Source: a virus
Taxonomy: Duplodnaviria > Caudoviricetes
Direction: 5' to 3' (one strand)
DNA length: 64,000 nt
Virus record (IMG/VR): IMGVR_UViG_3300026549_000895
Span: 1 to 64,000 of that record
Shown piece after piece: positions 20,279 to 29,990 of the stretch. A program made the position numbers and the translations under genes. Position 1 is the first letter of the stretch. The number at the start of each line of letters is the position of its first letter. The notes under the pieces are model-generated. The model did not search any database and was not told the DNA's origin. It saw only the letters and a list, made by a program, of their open reading frames with translations.

Positions 20279-21004
20279 ATGAACAATATGCTTATTTCAG
20301 ACATTTATTTTATGACAGAGGTCATTTATCACGATAAGATGACAGACAGAAGTTTAGAAAAATACGGAATAGTTATATCTGACTACACTACATCAGATAT
20401 TTCTATAGAGAAGGGCTTTGTAATAATAAGCAAATCCTTTGCTCAGAAGATGAGAAAGACTATTCTCAGAAATCTTCCGGGTAGAAAATTGGTTGAAACG
20501 TTTTCGATATTTTGTTATGAAAACGGACTCAACCTAAACAACGACGAATTCAAGGAAGTTGAATTCGAGATGTTCAGAATTCTCATCGGAAATGGTATTA
20601 TAAAATCAATAACACCATTAAAGATGATAAAAGCTTTTAAAGCCATGAAGGTTCATGGCTTTAGAGCTTTACTTGCCGCAGCGGTTAGCGGCGAGTCAAA
20701 ACAAATCAGAGGTTGGCGCTGTTTAACATGCAAGCGTCTTCGCACTGATTCAAAGGGTGTTATGAAGTGTAATGGCTTCTATCACCCCGTACCCGAAGGG
20801 TTGGAAACGACCGAAATCTCGGCATTATACCCAGACAACAAAACTGTTGACGGTATAATGATGTCATCATACCTGCACAGCATTCCCAAGACATGCATGG
20901 TTATTAAACCACGCGTGCCGATTCGACTGACTAAGTCAGTTGTTTATGAGCTGGATGATCAAATTAATATCATTAGAAAAACAATGGATATAGATATCCG
21001 TTGA
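20279..21004 (+). CDS. Hypothetical early protein with Cys cluster
   Basis: AAAGGAG RBS; promoter motif at ~20192-20219; CLTC...C. Confidence 0.6.
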   Translation: MNNMLISDIYFMTEVIYHDKMTDRSLEKYGIVISDYTTSDISIEKGFVIISKSFAQKMRKTILRNLPGRKLVETFSIFCYENGLNLNNDEFKEVEFEMFRILIGNGIIKSITPLKMIKAFKAMKVHGFRALLAAAVSGESKQIRGWRCLTCKRLRTDSKGVMKCNGFYHPVPEGLETTEISALYPDNKTVDGIMMSSYLHSIPKTCMVIKPRVPIRLTKSVVYELDDQINIIRKTMDIDIR

Positions 21005-21167
21005 CGTGTACGAACAGAACCCATCACAAATCAGATTATCGTAAGCAAGATAAATAGATTTGTGATGGAGAGCCAACTTCGCACAAGAAGTGCTCTCGCG
21101 TAGGAATTTGAAATTACAGAGTTGCCGGCGTACAAGCCGGCAACATAAGTAATTTATTTTTTTCTTT

Positions 21168-24100
21168 TTATCGAACATTTCCAACATAGTTGGGAGGGAT
21201 AACATCCAGATTATCAATATTGATGATTAATTTGTATGCTACGGGGGTTTGCGGGTCAGATGATTCTTTTTGTGTTTCAACCAAGTTCGCCACTATTTTT
21301 GTATTAGGTGAAATACCAACTGGAGCCTCATGAGTCAATCTCTTTCCATCATCATACAATACTTCATATCCCAATGACAAAAGCTTTTGATATGTTCCCC
21401 TTAATCTGAACACAGGTTCATCGTGAGCATATGATTCTTCATCAGCCTGAATATCAGAATTATCAAAGTGAGCTATATCATGCAAAGACAATGCATCATG
21501 CGGAATCAATCTCAATGTCATATGAGATATTTCATCATACAATTTGAGCATGTTTGAATTTCCACCATTGTCAAGTATTCCATCAAACATGTATATGAAT
21601 TCTTCTTTAGTGAATTCTACCATGTATGATTTGAAATACGATATTACTTCTTTCAATATCCTGAAATATTCTTCTTGTCCTAAAGAAGCGTAATATAATC
21701 CTGTAAGAGAATTATCAGCATATGTTTCTAATGCTCTAACGAGAGAACGAATCGTGAGGACAACGGAATCTGTATTGTTCTTAATAGAGAATAAGTATTT
21801 GTACAGAGAAGGATTATCTAAGAAAAGAAGAGATTCAAATGTACGAGGACCATCCGAAGAAGCACCAGAATCCAACATGACTTTGTCAATTATGATATTT
21901 GAGAAGTTTGACTTTACTGATGAATTCAACTGAGTAGAAGTCTGTACAGCTGCAATAGTATGCGACTCCATGTACTTTACAAAAGTATCAACAAAGTCTT
22001 GATTGTGGAATGGTTGTTCCTCAGATATAACCAGATCATATGAATACTCATTCAGAATATTATAGAATGAAATAGGATAATTTTTTCCTTCAAATCTGAT
22101 ACGAATATCTTCGTGGTCACGAGTGAAGATATTGTATTTCAGAATGTTCCATTGCGTAATGGATATTCCGAATTGTTCCATAATACTCTTATCGATATCA
22201 AGAGATATTGTATCATACCAATTGCGTTCAGGATCAACCAAGAACAAAGCCTGATATGCATCGGTTACCTGACGATACTGATTTATCTTTGTAGAATCAA
22301 GCAGCTTCTTTTCCAGATATTTGTACAACAAACGAACTTCTTCTAACAATGACGAAGCTATGTTAGAAGTCTTTCTGTCAAGAATGTTATCCAACATTGG
22401 CTTGAATGTTGAAGGTTCTAAGTAATCCATATTCGGAATAGCATTATACCAATCTGGCTTTGTTGTTCTGACATCGTAATCAAATGATGCTACTTGGAAA
22501 GGTATGCCAAGTTTGAAATCCTTTGGAGAACCGTCGGCATTTAATCCGTTGAATAATAAGTCCAAACAAGCTGCTTCTCCATTATAGACTCCATTAGGAA
22601 GATACATATCTCCTCTCATGGTATCGACAATTTCAGTTCCATCTGTATCTGTGAATTTGATTGTGAGATGCCATTGCATTAAAAGAATTAATGACAATAC
22701 AGCATCAAACAAAGATATGTCTGAAGTTCCATTTATTATCATATTTGAATTTATCAGAGTATTCTTTGTTTCATTCTTTTCATCAAGAATACCTCTCAAG
22801 AATATTGTCAAATCCCACCAGATATCCGTAAAGGATAAATGGGTAGATAATTGAATATACTTTGAATTTGATAAAGTGTAATTCATATCCTGAAGCATCT
22901 GTTCCACTTCAGGTGTGTTCCACCATCTTGGGTCTCCTGATGTAATCTCTTCAACAGAATATGTTTTGTTGGAATCCCTGAATTGGAAATATGATGTATT
23001 ATCCTCAGCAGTTCCAAATCTTCTAAAACAAATATACTGCTTCGGAATGTATTGTCCTTCATTCTCAGGATCTTCTACATAGACAGGAATTCCATTTTCA
23101 AACACTTGTTGCTTTACCATTATCAAAGTATAGATATCTGTGTATTCATATCCAATTAAATCTTTGACACGATAACATTTGTTTGTTCCTTTGTCAATAA
23201 GAATCTTTCGGAAATGTTTCAAGAAATCAATCATTCCATTTCCTTCCATTATAACAGAAGGCAAACCGTACAACGAGAAAAAATCATTTGCTGTAACGGT
23301 ATTCATGTGAATCATTGAAGATGATTTATGCATTAATGAATTCATTGTTTGGCCAATAGCCATATAGATTGCTAAGAATCTAATAAATGAATCATAATTA
23401 ACATAAATAGCAGAGAAGTTTCCTCGTAATGTACCGAAGATATACTCTCTTACCTTTGCATAGGTATCAATAAACTCATGAACTATCTGAGCTTCAACAG
23501 TTATGTTTCCGAAGATAGTGTTAGATGAATACAGTTTATGAGTATTGACCTTCATCAATTCGCCATCCTTGGCAGGACGGGAAACATGAATTGGTACGGC
23601 ATAAGAACCTATATGCTTTAAGTATTCCAAATTAGGATGTTCTTCAAGAGTCTTCTGATAATATTCCGAGTTAATAAACATCTCCTGATATTTCTCGGAC
23701 ATCATGTGAATGGGTTCGCCTCTATAGATTTCTCCTTCCATATAATACTGCATATAGAAGTCATCTGGAATCGTTACGACCTCATCAGCTTTGATAGTCT
23801 GAGAACCAGCAAATGGAATTCCTGCAAGTCTTGAATAGTAAGGATTCATTTCAACATAGCTATCAATGTACATTTGTCTATACTTGACTAACAATGTTTG
23901 TTTAACATCAAACGGAATCAATATTGGATTCATGAGAATCTTTGAAATTTGTTCATCTGATAAATTCTTTTTTACCAGTTCAGCAATTATGTCACTCGCT
24001 TGATATTCATAAGATTCGAAAATATCTGTTTTGAGACATGCTCTAACATACATATCTCCAGCTTTCTTGATATCAACGGTTTCATATTTATTTGCTTCAT

Positions 24101-24182
24101 GACGATTTTTGAATTCAGAGTTTGTTACAATCAATTGAATCTTTAACAAATACTCTGACATTGGGTTCATAGCAGATGCCAT
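21168..24182 (-). CDS. Large putative virion structural protein (1004 aa)
   Basis: YVEMNPYYSRLAGIP and FKSY motifs recall large structural proteins of jumbo phages; unverified. Confidence 0.45.
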   Translation of the reverse strand: MASAMNPMSEYLLKIQLIVTNSEFKNRHEANKYETVDIKKAGDMYVRACLKTDIFESYEYQASDIIAELVKKNLSDEQISKILMNPILIPFDVKQTLLVKYRQMYIDSYVEMNPYYSRLAGIPFAGSQTIKADEVVTIPDDFYMQYYMEGEIYRGEPIHMMSEKYQEMFINSEYYQKTLEEHPNLEYLKHIGSYAVPIHVSRPAKDGELMKVNTHKLYSSNTIFGNITVEAQIVHEFIDTYAKVREYIFGTLRGNFSAIYVNYDSFIRFLAIYMAIGQTMNSLMHKSSSMIHMNTVTANDFFSLYGLPSVIMEGNGMIDFLKHFRKILIDKGTNKCYRVKDLIGYEYTDIYTLIMVKQQVFENGIPVYVEDPENEGQYIPKQYICFRRFGTAEDNTSYFQFRDSNKTYSVEEITSGDPRWWNTPEVEQMLQDMNYTLSNSKYIQLSTHLSFTDIWWDLTIFLRGILDEKNETKNTLINSNMIINGTSDISLFDAVLSLILLMQWHLTIKFTDTDGTEIVDTMRGDMYLPNGVYNGEAACLDLLFNGLNADGSPKDFKLGIPFQVASFDYDVRTTKPDWYNAIPNMDYLEPSTFKPMLDNILDRKTSNIASSLLEEVRLLYKYLEKKLLDSTKINQYRQVTDAYQALFLVDPERNWYDTISLDIDKSIMEQFGISITQWNILKYNIFTRDHEDIRIRFEGKNYPISFYNILNEYSYDLVISEEQPFHNQDFVDTFVKYMESHTIAAVQTSTQLNSSVKSNFSNIIIDKVMLDSGASSDGPRTFESLLFLDNPSLYKYLFSIKNNTDSVVLTIRSLVRALETYADNSLTGLYYASLGQEEYFRILKEVISYFKSYMVEFTKEEFIYMFDGILDNGGNSNMLKLYDEISHMTLRLIPHDALSLHDIAHFDNSDIQADEESYAHDEPVFRLRGTYQKLLSLGYEVLYDDGKRLTHEAPVGISPNTKIVANLVETQKESSDPQTPVAYKLIINIDNLDVIPPNYVGNVR

Positions 24183-24239
24183 GATATATTCACCTCTCTA
24201 AAATAAGAAAAAATAATCCCGATTTATCGGGATTATTTC

Positions 24240-25148
24240 TTAATACATATATTTCAAATCATCCATATTATCATCTATCGCGTCTTCATATTCTGTTGGA
24301 ATCACGCCACCTATTTCTTCTTCATATGGAGAACCAAATAAGTTAGATGCTCTGCGATTTAACTTACCTTCAAGAATCTCTCTTAATCTTGATTCAGTAT
24401 AATTTCCGACAGGTAGAGGTTCATTTGGAAATAGCAGTTCATAAGTTCTTCTAAGCTTTTCCCATTTGAGAGTTGCAAGATAAATGGATAAGTTGTTTAA
24501 AAGTCCGTCATCACCTGCCGATCCAGCCATGGCATTAACTACGCCATTTACCAGTTTTCTATCATAACATATTTTTATTGTCTTTTGAGCATTCTTTTTG
24601 TTACCAAAATATCTTTTGTTTCCACGAATATATTGATTATATATTCTATCAAGATATATGATATCAAATCCAAAATATGTTGATAGGTATTCGGCTACAA
24701 TATGACCGAATTCCCATAGAGATTGATAATTTTCATAGACGATTATCATTTCACCATTACCTTTTTCAGGTGGTTGCAATATCATCCATTCATAGATTTT
24801 ATATAATGCATCATCACTTTTTAATGAAGCTACATATCTTTCTTCTGGAGTAGCATCTTTCAAATTCACATTGTCCAGTAAACTTGTTGTATATGCCAAT
24901 GGATCCAACGTTGGGCAATATGAATGAATTTGAACATATGTCGACATTGTGTTGTTGATATATCCTCGTTCATGAACAAGCCTACCTGCTTCATCAAACT
25001 TAACACGATCTGTCAACTTCATAGCGGTTCCTCTTTTTGCTTCGAGAATACTCGAATCAGGAACATAATAAGTTGCCTCAACTAATTCTTTGGTAGATAG
25101 CATTTGTGATAAAACATTCAAGAATGCAATCTTTGAACACAATATCAT
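24240..25148 (-). CDS. Hypothetical protein
   Basis: 302 aa, AAAGGAGG RBS, hairpin at 24212-24237 downstream. Confidence 0.6.
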   Translation of the reverse strand: MILCSKIAFLNVLSQMLSTKELVEATYYVPDSSILEAKRGTAMKLTDRVKFDEAGRLVHERGYINNTMSTYVQIHSYCPTLDPLAYTTSLLDNVNLKDATPEERYVASLKSDDALYKIYEWMILQPPEKGNGEMIIVYENYQSLWEFGHIVAEYLSTYFGFDIIYLDRIYNQYIRGNKRYFGNKKNAQKTIKICYDRKLVNGVVNAMAGSAGDDGLLNNLSIYLATLKWEKLRRTYELLFPNEPLPVGNYTESRLREILEGKLNRRASNLFGSPYEEEIGGVIPTEYEDAIDDNMDDLKYMY

Positions 25149-25205
25149 TCAATTTCCCTCCTTTCATAAATGATGCTCCGGCTATCAAGCCGGAGCTTTA
25201 TATTT

Positions 25206-25730
25206 TCACATTTCATCATATTCATCAGCACACTTAGTGACTTCATCAAAGTCTTCCTCAGTTGTGCTGTTGATTGCTACGGCTATGTATTTTCCTATTG
25301 CTTGCTCTGGATTCTTCATGCAGAACATATAGAACCAATATATCGGATCCATAACATCAGGAAGACAATGATCCTTTACGTAAGCATGAGTATTGAATAT
25401 ATCTTTCGGAATATTCCAAACGAACGGTTGTACCAGTTCAGAATTCAACGGAGTCTCCGAAAAGTATTCATCTTGATATTTCAACATTGTGTTGAGCACT
25501 TCTGTTATCTGATCATCATTCAGCTCAGTGTTTTCGAATCCAGGAGGTGCTTCTTGTGGTTTAAAGTCTTTGAGATATCTAAGGATATTATCCGATATCT
25601 CAGTTACCATTTCATCCTTGTTAGGAATAGTAACCGGTTGAAAAACCGGTTTTGTTTCTTCTTGTGGTGATTTATTCACCGCATAGTTACAATGGTTTTT
25701 AATCATTTGATACCATTTCAATTTTATCAC
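25206..25730 (-). CDS. Hypothetical protein
   Basis: 174 aa in minus-strand operon, hairpin at 25175-25197 downstream. Confidence 0.55.
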   Translation of the reverse strand: MIKLKWYQMIKNHCNYAVNKSPQEETKPVFQPVTIPNKDEMVTEISDNILRYLKDFKPQEAPPGFENTELNDDQITEVLNTMLKYQDEYFSETPLNSELVQPFVWNIPKDIFNTHAYVKDHCLPDVMDPIYWFYMFCMKNPEQAIGKYIAVAINSTTEEDFDEVTKCADEYDEM

Positions 25731-25750
25731 AACCTTTAATTTTTAATACA

Positions 25751-26578
25751 TCAATAAGGATCATCGATTCCTCTTGTGAAGAATTTCTTACTGATGATTG
25801 AATACATAACATCCCAATCGGATAAACCTGAACTATTTCTCATAGCGTACTGATCTGCAACTTCATGAATCTCTTTTGGAGAATGCATTTCAATACCTCT
25901 AACATTCTTGAACAGTTCTATTCTTTGTTCAGTTGAAATTCTGGATCTCAAATCTCTATCAGTATATCGTCTTCCACAATCCTGACATTTATATTCTGCA
26001 TAGGTTTTATTTAATGGCACCATTCTATGAGAACCACAAACACAACCAAACAGATTTAATGAAGCTGGAAAGATATATCCATAATCGATACACTTTGGTT
26101 TTCCGTTACTTAATCCCCAATTGGCATAAGTCTCTGAAACCAATCCGACATCTCCAAGAACATATCCTTCGTCAGTCCATCTTTTCAGAATCTTTACAAT
26201 TTCATCCTGATAGAAATTCATTTCTGTGAATGATGTGAATGCAGGTACATAGGAGGCCACCAACAGGTGGCCTCTTCTGCTTATTTCATGAGCAAACGCT
26301 ACATCTTTCAAAGGCTTACAAATAGCCCACTCCTGCATATTATCTGCCATACCTTCTTCATCGAGAGCAAGCTTGAATGCATACGTATCATATCTAAATA
26401 TGAATCGATTAGTACCAGTACCAATCTCTGTCCAATCAATACCACTTTCGTTCAAAGCTTCTATTGCTTTTTCACGTTTAGTGGAAGCTCTCATTCCATA
26501 TTGATATGGCAATTCACCGAATTTCATTCTTACTTCCAATGGGAGCAAATGTATTCTTGACATATATTCTGCTTTCAT
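25751..26578 (-). CDS. Protein kinase-like fold protein with C-terminal zinc ribbon
   Basis: Gly loop IGTGTNR, AFK lysine, NMQE glutamate, catalytic LGDVG...NWG, IDYG; CxC...CxxC. Confidence 0.75.
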   Translation of the reverse strand: MKAEYMSRIHLLPLEVRMKFGELPYQYGMRASTKREKAIEALNESGIDWTEIGTGTNRFIFRYDTYAFKLALDEEGMADNMQEWAICKPLKDVAFAHEISRRGHLLVASYVPAFTSFTEMNFYQDEIVKILKRWTDEGYVLGDVGLVSETYANWGLSNGKPKCIDYGYIFPASLNLFGCVCGSHRMVPLNKTYAEYKCQDCGRRYTDRDLRSRISTEQRIELFKNVRGIEMHSPKEIHEVADQYAMRNSSGLSDWDVMYSIISKKFFTRGIDDPY

Positions 26579-26601
26579 TACATTTCTCCTATATAGAATA
26601 A

Positions 26602-27327
26602 TTATTTATTCGGAAAATTCTTTTCTGCATATCCTTCCCAGTTTGCATACGGATCATCATTTGACTGAGGAATGGCCGGCTGAAGAGATGATTCGAATGC
26701 CTCTCTTCTGTTGTCGTAAGGATGCTCATACGCATTCTTCCAAGGATTTATCTGAGGAGGAATGGGTCTTTCCTCAACATAAGTATTGTCCCAGTTAGAA
26801 GTCACTGATCTTTCAAAACCAGATATTTCCATACCGAAAGCAGTTCCGTTGTCTGAAACATATGGAGCATATGGATTATTATAAGAATATCCATTTATGC
26901 TTTTCTGCTGAGGATTTTCATAAGAATTGGAGTCATAACCAAACTGGTCACAGCCATTATTGATAGGAAGCTTATCATTCCTTCTGCTTCCATCAAAGTG
27001 ATCAGTGGGTCTGTCATATTTCGTTGTTTCAAAATAGCCGTTCGGATAGCCATTCTGATATCTCATTGGGTCTTCATGCTGAGCCCAAGGATTAGAAGGC
27101 TCATTATCATAAGACTTGTTTCTGTCGAAAGGATTCTCAACAGGTCCGTTATAAACATCAGTTCTATAATTAACATCAGACCTTCTGGAACCTTCGAAGC
27201 CGGAACGATACTGCTGGTTGCTATTATAATTTTCTCCTGAATAGAAGAATGTTTTTTCTTCAGGGTTATCATTGTAACAATACAAATCCTTGAAGTTTCC
27301 TATCGGTGTGTTTTCTGGATAATCCAT
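26602..27327 (-). CDS. Low-complexity N/Y/P/D/S-rich disordered protein
   Basis: 241 aa with very few aliphatic residues; repeated NP[FWY] and GSRR[SN]D. Confidence 0.65.
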   Translation of the reverse strand: MDYPENTPIGNFKDLYCYNDNPEEKTFFYSGENYNSNQQYRSGFEGSRRSDVNYRTDVYNGPVENPFDRNKSYDNEPSNPWAQHEDPMRYQNGYPNGYFETTKYDRPTDHFDGSRRNDKLPINNGCDQFGYDSNSYENPQQKSINGYSYNNPYAPYVSDNGTAFGMEISGFERSVTSNWDNTYVEERPIPPQINPWKNAYEHPYDNRREAFESSLQPAIPQSNDDPYANWEGYAEKNFPNK

Positions 27328-27671
27328 TTAGATTTCCTGACGATTTGTTCTTACCCAAGTACTCCAACGAGTATGACAGTAAGCTATCACCCGGTGTCGA
27401 ATCCGGGCTAATTATGAATTAAATATTAATCGTCTTTTCCTTTTCGTAATATTTTCAACATAATATATTTAATCCATTAAAGCATTTTTAAAATGCTTGA
27501 TGTGAGATTCTCAAATCACAAATTAACTATTCATGGGTATCTTGGTTATCGATTACCAATTAATTTGTGATTGTTATATAGATATATTCTGATTTTTGGA
27601 TGTTATCAAATCAACAATTTTCCTCCTTTTTAAATTTTGTAATAGTATGTATCTTGGTATGGGATAAATAA

Positions 27672-28304
27672 TTATCCCACCAAGAACAGAGTAAGTTGCC
27701 AGTTCATCATTTCGAGAATTTCATCAACGATATTATCCGATACAGTTCTCCACAGAACTCTGAAGATTTCATACTCGGAATTTATCTTCTCAAGCTTGCC
27801 AACGGACTGAGAGAAACCATCAGTTCTCTTTGTAATCTTCTCCTCTAATGACTGAGGTAATCTGAACATCTTCTTTGCAATCTGTTCATCATACTCATTC
27901 ATTCTTCCGGATACATTTGTCTCAATTACGCCGGTATACATGATACCGAGATCCTGAGCAAGTCTGTTCATAACAGAAAGAACAATTCCAAGCTGTCTCT
28001 GGAACTGAGATCTCGGAACGGGAAGTGAGATGAGATAGATTCCATTAGGAACAGTATCAGCTTCAGCCTCTCTGAGGATACAACCTGAGTTTGCGAGAAT
28101 AGGACGACAAGCACTGTCGAGCTGTTTCATTCTTTCAGCTCCGCATCTTGCGTTCATATATCCCTCATCCTGCATGAGAATCTTCACGCTCATGAAACGC
28201 TCTCTGAACGCTGTCGGGGGATAAGCTCTTTCTGTAAGGGCTGCATATGGAACGTCTTCCGAAGGACCCAATACATGATTCTGTAATGATGTGATGTTTA
28301 CCAT
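27672..28304 (-). CDS. Hypothetical protein
   Basis: Start reassigned to ATG 28304 after AAGGAGG; promoter motif at ~28378-28402. Confidence 0.6.
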   Translation of the reverse strand: MVNITSLQNHVLGPSEDVPYAALTERAYPPTAFRERFMSVKILMQDEGYMNARCGAERMKQLDSACRPILANSGCILREAEADTVPNGIYLISLPVPRSQFQRQLGIVLSVMNRLAQDLGIMYTGVIETNVSGRMNEYDEQIAKKMFRLPQSLEEKITKRTDGFSQSVGKLEKINSEYEIFRVLWRTVSDNIVDEILEMMNWQLTLFLVG

Positions 28305-28419
28305 TGTTTTTTCCTCCTTGTGTGGAATTATAATAAATATATTTATTATGGCATGAATGTGCATTATTCACTCATGCCACATAAATGATATAAATACAAA
28401 TATAAATTTTATTTTTATT

Positions 28420-29937
28420 TTATATATTTGCATTTGCAAGAAACGATGCATTCTGTTTACCCATATAAACCGGGATTGATAGTGAAGTGTTCTCATTGAT
28501 ATCTGGTTGAAGTGCAAAGCCACCCATTGTTGAAAAAGGATGTCGAATTATTGTGACCATTCTATTTTGATCATTTGCATTCTTATCTTTTCGGACATCC
28601 CTTCGTTTAACTGCTTTAATCATCAACATTCGTTGATTACCATCATTCTCAATATGAATAACCGCAATAAAGTCTGCCGCTTCTTGAATGTCCCATGCGT
28701 TCGAGATATTAGAACTTCCAAGAACAGTTGAAGTTTTATCAAAACTACCTTTAGCCATCAATGCATCTACCTGTGCCGCTGCTTCTCTGTTCAGCTGATG
28801 TGCAGTAATTACAGGTATCTCATACTTAGCAGCAATTGCTTTGAACTCATTCATTATTGAACCAAGCTCAAGTTTCTCAGAATTTCTTATTTGAGAATCA
28901 GAACGTGCTGAACGAATTCTCTTAAGATAGTCGAAGAACAATGCTACGACATGCTGATCATCATTGTTGAGAGACGAAATGATTGCATCAATATCATCTG
29001 TTGATTTTGTTCGATATCCATAATACAGAATAACAGCTTTGCATCCATTTTTATTCAATTCATTTTGAATCATCTCAGATGCTTCTTGTGGAGTGAACAT
29101 TGTTATGTCTGCATTCGGGAACAGTATGCTCCACAATCTTCCGATGGTTTGCGACATAGTATTCTCCATAGTTATATACAAAGCTATCGGAGTCTTACCA
29201 TTACACATCATCTTCAGATTTGGATTAAATCTACAAGTATCAACCATCGATGTTAACAGCATTCCTGATTTGAAGTTGCCCGGAATACCTGCATAAACAT
29301 AGACACATCCAGGAAGATATCCGGGTGATAACAAAGTATTCAGAGCACGAATACCCGTGATGATTGCATTCTTGTCATCATTATATGTCTGCGTCTGAGC
29401 TACTACTGAATTCATCTGGTCAATATTCGAAGTATCGAAAGTATTTGATGTCGAATTAACCTGAATAGAATTGTAGTCATTTGCTATCTGTGTAGATATC
29501 TTGTACATAGTATCAACGGTTTCTTTGATATTATTACAGTCTACATCATCGGTTATCAAATCAAGAGCTTGGATGAAGGATTGTTTGGATGTTAATATCT
29601 TATGATACTTAACATAGTCACCAATTATTTCAAGTAATTGTTTGGCTTCAGACTCAGTTTTTATTGTTAACTGTTCACTTCTCTTTTTGACATTGTCAAT
29701 GATTTCACGTTCTTCATTTTCATCTTCCATCATTTCGATTATCAGATTTAATGAGAACACATTTCTCTCAATATAATGAATCATTCTATTGATTGAAAGA
29801 CAATCGATTCCTCTCTGAGGATAGACAGTAACTGCTTTCTTTATTATGTTGACATATACCGAAGAACGAAAACTTCTTTCTGGGTTACAGAGAATAGAGA
29901 GCATGTCTTTATAAAGATTTGGTCTTAATGTTTTCAC
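28420..29937 (-). CDS. dnaB: DnaB-like replicative helicase
   Basis: Walker A GIPGNFKS, H1a ITMEN, H2 FFDYL, H3 ITAHQLNR, H4 IQEAADF. Confidence 0.88.
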   Translation of the reverse strand: MKTLRPNLYKDMLSILCNPERSFRSSVYVNIIKKAVTVYPQRGIDCLSINRMIHYIERNVFSLNLIIEMMEDENEEREIIDNVKKRSEQLTIKTESEAKQLLEIIGDYVKYHKILTSKQSFIQALDLITDDVDCNNIKETVDTMYKISTQIANDYNSIQVNSTSNTFDTSNIDQMNSVVAQTQTYNDDKNAIITGIRALNTLLSPGYLPGCVYVYAGIPGNFKSGMLLTSMVDTCRFNPNLKMMCNGKTPIALYITMENTMSQTIGRLWSILFPNADITMFTPQEASEMIQNELNKNGCKAVILYYGYRTKSTDDIDAIISSLNNDDQHVVALFFDYLKRIRSARSDSQIRNSEKLELGSIMNEFKAIAAKYEIPVITAHQLNREAAAQVDALMAKGSFDKTSTVLGSSNISNAWDIQEAADFIAVIHIENDGNQRMLMIKAVKRRDVRKDKNANDQNRMVTIIRHPFSTMGGFALQPDINENTSLSIPVYMGKQNASFLANANI

Positions 29938-29990
29938 ATATATTCACACCCATTTCAATATTAAATTTTAAAAAGTATTATTCAGTATTG

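Noticed and set aside
27385-27410. CCCGG-ATTCGACA-CCGGG resembling a tRNA T-arm or tmRNA end
   Set aside because: No acceptor, D or anticodon arms could be built around it
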